DNA from: Glaucostegus cemiculus
Lineage: Eukaryota
Assembly (NCBI GenBank): GCA_976551045.1
Contig: CDPCPM010000114.1
Span: 3,844,001 to 3,908,000 of the forward strand
Direction of reading: 5' to 3'
DNA: 64,000 nucleotides
Shown: one piece after another, positions 1 through 11,890 of the stretch
Position numbering within the stretch: the stretch's first letter is position 1
Layout: each line of letters opens with the position of its first letter
Notes under the pieces: model-generated
The model's input: the letters and a program-made list of their open reading frames with translations, nothing else
Database searches by the model: none
What the model was told of the DNA's origin: nothing
Position numbers and translations under genes: made by a program

Positions 1-134
1 TGGCCTAACCAAAGTTTTATATAGCTACATAGCTACAACATGACTCCCTTACTCTTATAGTCAATGCCCCCCCCCCCAACAGAGGCAAGCATACCATATG
101 CCTTCTCTACCACCTTATCTACTTGTGTGCCCAC
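1..134 (-). mobile_element. CR1/HER1-like LINE ORF2 fragment, cut by the window edge
   Basis: aggcaagcataccatatgccttctctaccaccttatctacttgtg resembles the same segment of the CR1 copies at about 32620 and 53630. Confidence 0.75.
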
Positions 135-354
135 TAAATTAGGTTGTTCTGCCCAAGTTACATTTTGGCAAAATTTCAGTCTGGCTTTAAGGAGAGCTAG
201 CAGAATGTTTCCAGCTTATTTAGACACAGCTACAACCAGCTTCTTGGAGACAGTAGTCCCAATGGTTTTCAGTTAGCATTACATTATCAAGCATATTGTG
301 TCTGCATACTCATTTGTATGGCTAATTTGTACCATGTGATTCTTCGTTTCACAG

Positions 355-565
355 CTGAGATCTGATGAGGTGCAGCATGCCAAGTGGATATGCATCAATG
401 GACACGAACCCTTGGTTAATTGCACACTAGACAGGAATGGCAATGCTGCTGATTTTGTTTCTCACACTAATGGCAGCAGCAGTGGCGCCCACAGTCTCCC
501 AGTGGGTTTCCACTCAATATTCCAACTACCCAAATAACGAGCTTTCACAGGTGATCCAAGTTCAG
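355..565 (+). other. Candidate exon of an unidentified gene
   Basis: Branch-like gctaat (321-326), ttcttcgtttcacAG acceptor and CAG|gtaagc donor. ATG at 437 gives MAMLLILFLTLMAAAVA... (signal-peptide-like) open to the donor. A second frame is open 355-534 with TAA at 535. Confidence 0.35.
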
Positions 566-1259
566 GTAAGCCACCACAAGGTGGTCTCAAAGACTTGCAC
601 CTTAAAACTTTTGGGTTCAATTGATGTGGTAGATGCAATGAGGAAGTGGCAGGAGATTTAGTACATTTTATATTTAATTGTGCAACACATGATATCCTGG
701 CACATTATAATAAAGCAGTGGAGCAGAATCTAAATTGTGATATACTCATTTTATATTCCACACGGCAGTCAATTTCTTCTAGCACTGAGTAGCCAAATGA
801 CAGGAATTTAGAGAAGAAAGCTGCCGACATTTAAATTAACATTTTTAATTATCGTAACTTGGAACTGTGAGTTTAGGGTCTGAGTCCCAGGGGATTGTTA
901 ATGGGAGTTTTGTGCCCTGGTGGTCACACAAATGGTGAAACTAATATTCTTCCTGAGGAAGATGTTCAAGAATCAAATATGACACTTTTGTTGGATGAAC
1001 TTAAGTATCAGGAATATTGAATAATGCACAACATAATCCTGTAAATATAATTGATATGATTTGCTGCTAAGATCAAACTTTCACAGAAGATTCAATCATT
1101 TTCACGTCAGGCAGGTAATCTAAATATTTGCTCCCTGTACCATTGTTTATAAGTGGATTAGCTTAGATACTGATCTTCTCATCCTTAACATTTTATTCCA
1201 CTACATATTAGGTTAACATTGTCCCTGAAGAGTTTAGCAGTGCTTTTGCACTCAAGCAT

Positions 1260-1273
1260 GTTGCTATGGTAAC
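1260..1273. promoter_or_regulatory. RFX X-box motif
   Basis: GTTGCTATGGTAAC closely matches the palindromic RFX consensus GTTGCCATGGCAAC. Function is untested. Confidence 0.4.
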
Positions 1274-1494
1274 AGATACAAGTTCTCAATATAATTAATG
1301 CACAAGTTTATTTTAATTTCAGAATATCTTGACGTTTTGATAGGTTTTCTTTCTGGATAGCTATTTGATACTAGTAAGTGAACATACTTTTTCTGTATTT
1401 TCATTTGTTACTTTTTTTGATACTGTTACTACTGGCTACTCTTGAACCGAATGCAGAGTTGAGAAGACATGCATAATGTGCCTGGGACTGATTT

Positions 1495-1615
1495 AGTGTT
1501 AGCCTAGCTCAGTTGGCAACATTCCTGCCTCAAGTCCTGAAGACTACTCCTTGTAATATATATGCTGTCATTCAGATGAGAATTTAAGATTGAGGCCCTG
1601 CCATTTTTTCTTCAG
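1495..1615 (+). mobile_element. Decayed tRNA-headed DeuSINE-like element
   Basis: A-box-like tagctcagttggcaac, followed by a Deu-domain-like gctgtcattcagatgagaatttaagattgaggccctg. Confidence 0.45.
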
Positions 1616-3285
1616 GGGTTACTGGGTAGCAATTGGGTGTGGTTGAATTGTTGGCTCACTTGCTCATTTTGAGCAGCTGCATTATTTTAATACAAACATT
1701 CTGGCTACCTACCGAGACAATTTGTCTTCTTATTATAGAGCTGATATTTAAAGAGATGTATTCCATCCCCTCCCTCACAAATAGGCATTTGCAAAGGTAA
1801 TGAATGTCAGGATATACTATGATGATGTATTGTTAATTGTTCTGAGATTTGTATTTATAAATTTCTAAGTTGAATGATAATTCAAAATATTCTTGTGTAA
1901 AACCTCAATTATAGACTGTACATGCATCTATTCAAGACATTACATTTTAATCAAACACAAAAGTGTTATGTTTTACATTCTGGCTTAGAACATAAAACTT
2001 AAATGATACCACAGCATAAATGGGATAAACAGTAAAGTAGCAATGCAACCTGCAATGTCATTCTGAAGCTAATGATAGACATGTTTTTGATAACATTTTC
2101 TCCATTGCCAAAATGGCAGAGTATAAAAGATAGATGTCAACTGGTAGAGTTAGATTAATACACTGAAGGCAGAGTGTTGAATATGATCACACAGGAGCTA
2201 GTAAACTTCAGCATTTTGATTTGACTCTTTGGTCCATTTACCTCTGCATATACACATTGCTAAGACAGTCAATATTGTGTGGCTGTCACAATAACAGTTT
2301 ACTTACCCAGACCACATGATCTGTTGTATGCAAAGAAACATTGACATTCATTTGATTCAGGTTGACTTACACAGCTTTATGTAGAGTGAAGCTGCTTGAA
2401 ATAAGCCTAATTATGTGCAATGTCAAAGCTCAATTCCAACATGAGCTGTGGTGCTCCCTGCTGTACTGATTGATAACCTGCCTTCTGTGTCTCAACAAAA
2501 TGCTTTATGTCCAACTGTGCCTACCTGAATTTAATAAGGGAAACTGAGAATTTAAGCAGAGCTTTCAATAACAAGAATGAAATGTTGCTTTATTCCCAGA
2601 AGAGTGCAATTAAAACAACATTTTGCTGATATTACTCTAAATTCTTTTTATAACATCCATCCTTGGAAATATAAGTGGAATAATCTTTGGAGGTGATATT
2701 TGGAAAAATTAATATGTTTGGAAAATCTGAGAAAATCTTTTACACAGCTGGCGAGGCATAGTAAGTTTATAAAGAACTAAATATTCGTGTCTTACCAAAT
2801 CAAGATAAATTGAACTAGAGAAATGGAAATTTCCTACACAGAAGAAACTATTTGTTTGGTTTTTGGCTATAGTAGCTTCAAAGCCCTGCTGATTCTTCTT
2901 TGTGGTAATGAACCATATTGATTTAGTCTCACGTGGTGCTTCAGACTTATTTTGAATATCTTTTCATTATATTTATCTAATGAACAATCAATAGAGAATC
3001 TTCATCCAGTTTGGGATATTTCTCGTCAATGCTTTATCTTCTGACTCTTACCTTTCTCTTAAGATCACCCATACTATGGTACAATCCAGATTTACATAAA
3101 TAACAAGGTTGAGGGATATAGCACATAAATGTGCTTGACTTGCTGGGGTCAGTCATTCAGAACTAGAATCTCATTTATTTTTGCTTTGTATAATTTATCA
3201 TGAATATTTTGTCCATTTAAAACTAAACTGTTTGTTTGGTTTGGAATTTGAAGTCATTTAGTGATTATGCAAGCAGAAAAATTTA

Positions 3286-4344
3286 CAGTTCTCAACACTG
3301 GTGCCCCACAAGGCTGCATCCTCAGCCCTCTATCTACTCCTGATACAATCATGACTGAGTGTATCGGGAATAGAGTAGAGGCCAGATTCTGCTCCAACTC
3401 CATCCAGAAGTTTCAGATGATACCACCGTTGTAGGCCATATCTCAAACAGCGATGAGTCAGGGTACAGGAAGGAGATAGAGAACTTACTGGAATGGTGTC
3501 ATGACAACAACTTTTCCCTCAATGTCAACAAAACAAAAGAGCTGGTCATTGACTTCAGGAAAGGGGGCAGTGTACATGCACCTGTCTACATCAATGGTGC
3601 TGAGGTTGAGAGCTTCAAGTTCCTGGGAGTGAACATCACCAACAACCTGTCCATGCCAAATCACGTAGAAGGCACGGCCAAGAAAGCTCACCAGTGCCTC
3701 TACTTCCCCAGGAGGCTAAAGAAATTTGGTTTGTCCCATTTGACTCTTACCAACTTTTACTGATGCACCATAGAAAGTATCCTATCTGGATGTATCATGG
3801 CTTGGTATGGCAACTGCTCTGCCCAGGACTGTAAGAAACTGAAGAGAGTTGTGGACACAGCCCAGCATATCACGGACACCAGCCTCCCCTCCTTGGACTC
3901 TGTCTTTACCTCTCATTGTCTTGGTGTAGTGGCCAGCATAATCAAAGAACTCACCCACCCGGGACATTCTCTCTTCTCTCCCCTTCCATGGGGTAGAAGA
4001 TACAGGAGCCTGAGGGCATGTACTACCAGACTGAAGGACAGCTTCTACCCCACTGTGATAAGACTATTGAACAGTTCCCTTATACAGTGAGATGGACTAT
4101 GACCTCATGATCTACCTTGTTGTGACCTTGCACCTTATTGCACTGCACTTTCTTTGTAGCTGTGACACTTTATTCTGTACTGTTATTGTTTTTACCTGTA
4201 CTACGTCAATGCACTCTGTACTAACTCAATGTAACTGCACTGGGTAATGAATTGACCTGTACGATCAGTTTGTAAGATAAGCTTTTCACTGTACCTCGGT
4301 ACAAATGATAAAAATAAACCAATACCAATAATAACCAATACCAA
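3286..4344 (+). mobile_element. Rex1/Babar LINE (subfamily A), 5'-truncated and frameshifted
   Basis: RT motifs LNTGAPQGCILSP and DDTTVVG. The C-terminal ORF 3797-4090 reads AWYGNCSAQD...RTTRLKDSFYP-like. 3'UTR with aataaa and (AATACC)-type tail. Confidence 0.9.
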
Positions 4345-7229
4345 TTTAAATGTACTTATTCCTGCCAATGCTTCATTACATCTTTTGGAAAAGAATGAAG
4401 AAGAATGCTAATTCTCTAGGCACCCTTCTAATAGGTGACAAAATGCTATTTATATACAGGCATGAAAAATACGATTTTATTGCTTTTATTTGTTAGGTCG
4501 TTGGGCTTTGCATCAACCATTGTCGCCTGCTACTCTTCGTGTACTGACTAATCTCTATTACAAAAGCAGTTCGATCTCACAGTCCCCTTCAACACTACCT
4601 TAACTATAAACATTTTTTTTCTTGTTAAAGGCAATGGTATATTAAAAACACGAAACTAGTTTGGTTGTTAGCTTGTCAACAGTTTATGAAAATTTAATCC
4701 AGACATAAAAATAACTGCTGTCTGGTGATGCACTTTATTTAATATGCTGACAATGAGCATTGAAAACAAAAAAAAACTAAGTACATGGAAATTAAATACA
4801 GCACAAAACAAAGTACTTTGCCCATTCATGGGGCATTTAAGATGGTTTTGTGTATAATTTGTGCTTTAAAGAGCATTATATTGGGGAAAAAATTTCAAAT
4901 AAGGTGTAATATTCTGTTCTCTAGATACAGGATCATAAGACACTAGCGTTTTTCTTGTTGGATCAGAGCACATTATCAACTACATAACAAATACAAAAGT
5001 AGTTTACATATACTATATTTAGAATGTGTGTAGCATATCTTTGAGAACCAGTTTCTAGTATATAGTTTGGCCCTTGGTACATTGTTGTACTCAGACATCA
5101 CAGGTTAGGTGAGGGTTATCAGTAAGCACTGTTGGCAATTACATGATCAGGCTAAAGACACTTGCAAAGGTGTAGAATTTCCAAATCTTTTAGATTGGGC
5201 ATTGCAGGGTCACTTAGTACGTGGACAGGTAGATGAGCCATTTCAGACAAAACTATTTAACATTCAAAGACCTTGTAGAATGGTCACCAGTATGGAGATG
5301 ACGCTTTGAGACATAATGCACTTTCCCCCTCAGTGCATAATTTTAAAGCTCCACATAAATAATAATCATGACGTGGCCCATCCATGACTGAATCATGTGG
5401 AAACTACAGATTTAGTTTGGCAAGAATCTAGTAAGTCATGCAGGTGTAAAAGGCAGGGATGCTGCAGTCACGTGGGTGCAATAGGCAAGAGGCCGTGACA
5501 CGAATGTTGCAGGAGCAACATGACTCAGAATACCTGTTCCAGATGGACCAGTTCTAAAATTGTCAAGGGTAGGGTGTACTGCCAAGGGGTGCAGGTCCCC
5601 GAAGAAGGGAACAGCTAGTAAAGTTGCTGGGGCTCATTAAGCTTAGACACAAGGGGGAAAGTTTATGGAACAATCCTACTGAGGTACAGTGGACACGATA
5701 GAATAAAAATGAGGAACTGAAAATAGCAAAACTTAAAACTACTGATTGCACACATGGGTTAAGTGACAAGAACAGTCCACTTAAGGCCACCTGACAGAGT
5801 GAGGAACTATAAATATGTGTAACAATACTGAGGCAAGTTTAGATTAGGTTGTGTACCTGAGAAAAAAAATCAAATATTTTCAGTCAAGGTGGGCCAAACT
5901 GATAATGCAGGAGGGATTCTTTGGGCTGCAGTGGAAGTGAACTATTGGATTTTTGGGAGAGACAGGTAGATGCAAGTGCCCATCATATTTATGGGTTGAG
6001 TGTGTGACAGAGATCCTGGAGATGGACTGGATCAAGTTAAATCAGACTAACAATGGTGTTTTTGAGAAGATCATTGCTTCGGCAGTGAGGGGATCCAGAC
6101 ACCATTTACATTTCAAAATTCATGATCCTGCTGAGCAGACCAATGTTCAAATGGGATGGCAAGGCCCCACGGGAGTCTTTAACACTGGCAGACCAGGGTT
6201 ACAGGCTGCAGCTTATACAAGATAGCTCGACAAATGGTAGTTCAATGGCAACACTGCAACTACCTGGAACAATGCAAATATATCCCAGGGTGAGATTGTA
6301 ATAAATATTGACAGCTCTCTTCATGGTGACAGGTATGGAGATTAAGGCACAGTTGGTGATGCACCAGCATCAAAGCAGAGAGACCGATGACAAAAGGGAT
6401 TGTGAAGATTGGGTTGCTAGGAAAGCCACACTATTAAGTGTCTTGCCTTCCTAAAAGGAGGTGGGGCAGCAGGTAAGATGAAGTGTGCCAAGAAAAAAAA
6501 TCAAATATGTTTTGTAGCATAAAGACAAGGGATGTGCTAAAGCAGGATGGCAGTGAATGGGAATGTGATATCTCCAGATGAGGGTTTGCAAAGACAGTGG
6601 ATAACAGTAACAAAGTATCCCTTCAGTTATGGTTTTGCATTGCTGACTGTGTGATGATCTGAACATATGTATAGATCACGGCTGGTCTGGAAGTGAAGCA
6701 GGGCATTTTGTGATGATGGCAGTGGAATATCAAGATAGAAAGGCATTGATTGGAGAAACAGCTGCGGAATTGACCATAAGGTGCAGCAACAGATGTACAG
6801 AGAATTAGATGTAACGCATAACGTAATGGCCAGAGTATTAGACGTGGGTGAAGAGTCCCAGAGGAAAAGATGTTCCGAGTCTGAGATACAGAAGACTGTC
6901 CTTTGTGAGTAGCTTGAGTCAAAGTGCCTTGGCAATTTCACAGCAATGGGATCATTTATAAAATTTCAAAGCAGGCAACTCTGAGGGAAAGTCTATCATC
7001 TGTTTGAACAGCATGGGAGAGTAATTTTAGGGTGACAACTCCCCAAACCACCTGAGAAGCAACAAGCTCAGCCAGAGGGGTGATACTGATTGGGTCCAGG
7101 AAAGTCAGTAGAGAGAAGTAAAACTATGAATTCTGAGGAACAGCTTTATGTCCACAAAGTGCTTGCTCTTTATTTTGTAATTTCAAAAGTGACACCAGGA
7201 AAGAGAAAAGGTTTGTACCTTTATCAAGT

Positions 7230-8354
7230 CAATAGACAATAGGAGCAGAAGTAGACCATTTGGCCCTTCGAGTCTGCGCCGTCATTTTGAGATCATGGCT
7301 GATCCTCAACACTCAATATCCCGTTCCTGCCTTGTCCCCATATCCCTTGATTCCCCTATCTATAAGAAACCTATCTAGCTCCTTCTTGAAAGTGCCCAGA
7401 GAATTGGCCTCCACTGCCTTCTGAGGCAGTGCATTCCACAAACTCACAACCCTCTGGGAGAAGAAGTTTTTCCTCACCTCTGTCCTAAATGGCTTCCCCC
7501 TTATTCTTAAATCATGCCCTCTGGTCCTGGACTTCCCCAACATCTGGAGCATATTTCCTGTCTCTATCTTGTCCAATCCCTTAACAATCTTGTATGTTTC
7601 AATTAGATTCCCTCTCAATCTTCTCAATTCCAGCATGTACAATCCCAGTCTATCCAACCTCTCTGCATAAGACAGTCCTGACATCCCCGGAATTAACCTC
7701 GTAAACCTACGCTGCACGCCCTCTGTAGCCAGGATATCCTTCCTTAACCCCGGAGACCAAAACTGTACACAATACTCCAGGAGCGGTCTCACCAGGGCCC
7801 TGTACAAATGCAAAAGAATCTCTTTTCTCTTGTACTCAATTCCCCTCATAATACAGGCTAACATTCCATTAGCCTTCATCACCGCCTGCTGCACTTGCTC
7901 ATTCACTTTCAGTGACTGATGAACAAGGACTCCTAGATCCCTTTGTACTTCCCCTTTACCTAACTCCACACCATTCAGATAATAATCCGCCTTCCTGTTC
8001 CTGCTCCCACTTACCCAACCTATCCAAGTCACCTTGAATCCTCCTAACTTCCTCTACACTTGTCGCACTGCCACCCAACTTTGTATCATCAGCAAACTTG
8101 CTAATGTTATTCTCAATGCCTTAATCTAAATCATTAACATAGATCGTAAACAGCTGTGGTCCCAGCACCGAGCCCTGCGGCACCCCGCTAGTCACGGCCT
8201 GCCATTCCGAGAAACATCCATTCACCCCTACCCTTTGTTTCCTATCTGCCAACCAGTTTTCTATCCAAGTTAATACCCTCCCCCCAATTCCATGAGCCCT
8301 AATTTTACCCACCAATCTCCTGTGCGGCACCTTATCAAATGCCTTCTGAAAGTC
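7230..8354 (-). mobile_element. CR1/HER1-like LINE, 5'-truncated, relatively young
   Basis: ORF 8121-8330 has the RT motif [27 protein letters not shown] 7313-8032 has LVRPLLEYCVQFWSP and FFSQRVVSLWNALP. Tail reads ctattgtctattg. Possible short TSD aagtc. Confidence 0.95.
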
Positions 8355-8897
8355 AAAGTCAAGTGACAGTCAGGATACAAGATGGTATGAAAACAGAGGC
8401 ACAGAGATGGAGAGTCAACAAGCAAGTAAGGAATGTTGCAACTGAGTTTGTGATATCCAGTAAAATATCAAATGCAATATATAATTGTAACGTGTCATCA
8501 ATGATAAGTCATTGGTCTCTGTTAAGTTTTACTTGGACAGTTTAGGTCATTTAAGTGACATCAAATGGTGATCCAGAATACATTATAAAATGCACTCAAA
8601 GTCGTGAAGACAATTATATTGAGGCACCTGATATATAACAGGATAGGGACCAAATGTGCATGAGGTCCATCTGGAAAAATGATCCACTGGAATTACTCAA
8701 GCCTCGAAACAGATACTTCAAGTGGAACTTGCAGTGAAGATTTGAACAAATGAAGAGAATGATTGAGTGAATTCAATATATACAGTACTTGTCAACTCGA
8801 CCATTCAAGAAATAATTAGTTCATTGCTTGTATAATTTCATGCATGTAAGCAGCTTAATTGATTGTATGTGCTTACTTCTTTATTAATTGGAAGGAG

Positions 8898-9100
8898 TGT
8901 AGTGCTCAAAGCACTGGCCACTATGACACAGTACAACCCCTGCTATGTTGTTCCTAGACACTGCAGTTTACTCGAGTTAAAGGCTGCAATAAAGGATGTT
9001 CTATTTATTTGCGTATGCAAGCCACAAAAAGGAACCAACTGGTACAATTTAAAATGCATTAGTCAACATAGTATATAGTTTGTGTGGTCCCTTAACTACA
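8898..9100 (+). repeat. Putative 3' LTR of the Gypsy element
   Basis: TGTAGT/ACTACA terminal inverted repeat, internal aataaa, preceded by the PPT-like ggaaggag. Its end resembles 5056-5081. Confidence 0.6.
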
Positions 9101-9249
9101 ATCCAAAACAATTTGTCACATAGTGGCACAAAAAGTTATCTGATTTGGTGCCACTTTACCTAGCACCCAAAATTTAGATCCTTTGTAGTCAATAAAATGA
9201 ATGATAGAAGCCATTTAAGTTGACCAGCCATTCCTAAACTACTTTGTGC

Positions 9250-10745
9250 CACAGGCTAGAGATGAACTTCCATCTTCCTGAATCATGGTGTCCCTCTGCC
9301 ATCATGGACAGAAGCCTTGACAGATGCCATCTATTTCCTGCATTTCTGCTCTCCCCTCCTGGAGTTACCAAGAGCAGAGTTCCCCTGGTCTTCACTTTCT
9401 ACCGCACCAGTCTGTGCCTTAAATGGACCACCCTTTGCAATTTTCATGGTTGCAAAAAGATAGCACCACCAGACACATATTCCCCTCCAACCCCCTCTTC
9501 TTTCAACATTTTAAAGGGATCACTCCCTTCACTAATCTCTGGTCACTCTTCCATCCCCATCTTATAATGCTTTCCCATGCAACCACATGAGGTGCAACAC
9601 CTGTCCTTTCACCTCTTTCCTTCCTGCCATCCAGGGACCCAAACAATCTTTCCACGTGAAGCAGTGATTCACTTGTATTTCTTCTAATTTACAATCCTGC
9701 ACTCATAGCTCACAATATGGACTGCTCAACTTTGGAGGAAGCAAACACAAGTTGGATGTTTACTTTGCAGAGTGCTTGCATTTAGTCTGCAGGAGTGAGC
9801 CCAAGTTTCTGGCTGTCTGCCACTTTAACACCCCATCACACTCTGACCCACCCGGCTCATTCTCGCTTCTCTCCTATCCCATCAGGCAGAAGATACAAGA
9901 GCCTGAGGGCACATACCACCAGGCTCAAGGACAGCTTCTATCCCACTATGATAAGACTATTGAATAGTTCCCTTACACGTTGAGATAGACTCTTGACCTC
10001 ACAATCTACTTTGTTGTGACCTTGCACCTTATTGTCTACCTGCAATGCACTTCCCTGTAGTTGTGATACTTCACTCTGTACTCTGTTATTGTTTATTTTT
10101 TTGCCTGTACTACCTCAATGCACTCTGCACTAACTCAATGTATCTGCACCATGTAATGAATTGACCTGTATGATCAGTATGCAAGACAAGTTTTTCACTG
10201 TACCTCTATACAAGTGCAAAGAATGAACTAATACCTATCGATCTGTGGCCTCCTCCACAGTTACAACAAAGTCCAAAACAAGCTTGAGGAACAACTCCTC
10301 TGCGCACACTGCAGCCCTCTGAATGCAATATCAGATTATCTAACTTTAGTAACTACTTATTTTCCTATAATGGCCAATCATCCCTCTGTGATTTTGGCTC
10401 AGTTTTCCTTCTTTCCATTAGCAAGCATAACCTAATCTACTGGGCATATTTCACAACCTGCTGTTAGCAATACAGAACACAAAGAAGCATAATCTGCGTT
10501 TAACTGCCACATTAACCCATTTTATATCAGCCTATCAGTTATTTCCTTTCTTCTACCCATTTCTCCCTACTTCCTCTGCAAATGAAAACTAATTTCCAAA
10601 GGGCCTATACTGTTCCTGTACTGTTCTATGTTCTAATTTTCTTTCTTTCCCAATTTAGACAGAGTGTCTCAAAAGCCAAATGTTAATGATTTTCTTTCCA
10701 CAGATGTTGCCTGACCTGCTGAGCGTTTCAGCATTTTCTGTTTTA
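9250..10745 (+). mobile_element. Penelope-like element 3' part (RT thumb, GIY-YIG endonuclease, pLTR), split by a Rex1 insertion
   Basis: Translates to SRVPLVFTFY, CNTCPFTS..IQGPKQSFHV and CHFNTPSHS, then resumes after Rex1 as GLLHSY...KLEEQ. Terminal acagatgttgcctgacctgctgagc..cagcattttctg. Confidence 0.85.
9846..10236 (+). mobile_element. Rex1/Babar subfamily A 3' fragment nested in Penelope
   Basis: PSGRRYKSLRAHTTRLKDSFYP and a 3'UTR closely similar to 4000-4320. Confidence 0.9.
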
Positions 10746-11369
10746 AATTTCTGTCACTCGTTTTGAATATTTGCACATGAAAAATTGTTGACAATCCTGT
10801 CACAAGTTTTGAGAAGAGAAAGAGGGAATATTTTGGATTAAGCTAGATGAGGATTAATTTCATCAGGACTCAGATTTGACAGGGTGACAGACTTAAGACC
10901 AGAAGATAAAGACAAACCCCATATCCCAAAAGTGGAACAAGGTCAAAACAGTCCAGAAAGATATTCAAAGGTTCTGCAGAGAAGGGTAGCAGTTTGAAAG
11001 TTCTACAGTGTGAGTGGATTCAGAGAGCAGGACATGAGATCCACAGTGCCTTAAGCAATCACCATCTTTAAATATTGAATTTCCCCAGAAGAATGAGATT
11101 GTTCTACTTCATTATCTGGCAGTAACTATTATTTCATGAATGACTTCTTCTGGAACTTATCATAATTCTTTTAAATGTGGTCATCCAGCCTGGATCTGTA
11201 GGTGTCCCTGGAGTACAAGACACAAACCACTTGTTTGTCTGCATGATGTTTATGCTCATTTTGCCCACTACACACTAAACATTGACAAAAGATGGTAAAA
11301 GCAAGGTGATAGTTCAAAGGATACTTGAGGTACCAAAGGCATAATTCTGCAGTCTTGATTTGCTCCAAC

Positions 11370-11890
11370 TAATCCTAAACTTAGATATTGGGGACACTGA
11401 AGCCATTGTCTCCAATCTGCCAAAAACTCAGTCCCCTATCTACCAATGCTATTCTTCTCCCTAGAAATAGTCCAAGACCGAAGCAGACAATTCACAATCC
11501 TGGTGTATTTGCTTACAGTGCCTGCAGACTGCCTACTTCAAACTTTGTAACATCACCTAAAAACATATCTACTGAGAGTTTCATTTTCCATCATTTTTCA
11601 GCTTGCAGCAAGCTAGAAGAATAAGGGCAGCAGACAACAGGAATAGCATTATCACCATATTCCTCTTCAGGTTGCACACCATCCCGACTTAAAAGTATAT
11701 TGTCTTTCCTTCATTATCACTGGATTAAAACTATGAACTCTTGACTTAACATCACTATGGGAATACTTTTACCTCAGATGGGAACGGTTTAAGAAGAAAG
11801 CATGTCACCACCTTAAAGGACAGCTAAGTGTGGGCATTGAACTTTCGTCCTTCTGGTGATGGTCACATCCCATGAATTAAAGATAAACAT
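11370..11890 (+). mobile_element. Old CR1/L2-group LINE 3' end
   Basis: The segment cacaccatcccgactt...cacatcccatgaat recurs at 42170-42385 and partly at about 15120. Confidence 0.6.

Larger units (their letters stand above)
4855..9100 (+). mobile_element. Highly decayed Gypsy/Ty3 LTR retrotransposon, interrupted by a CR1
   Basis: gag-like EFPNLLDWALQGHLVRGQVDEPFQTKL (5109-5309), protease/RT-linker-like LEMDWIKL (about 6010) and integrase-like GISR/KVPWQ (6720-6940). Purine tract 8890-8897 is followed by TGTAGT...ACTACA (8898-9100). tagtatatagtttg occurs at both 5056-5069 and 9069-9082. Confidence 0.65.

Noticed and set aside
355-540. Faint 5S rRNA-like similarity on the minus strand
   Set aside because: The matches are weak and the two segments are in the wrong order.
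7313-8032. Longest ORF (239 aa) as a host gene
   Set aside because: It is the C-terminus of CR1 ORF2, and its start appears to arise from an internal deletion.
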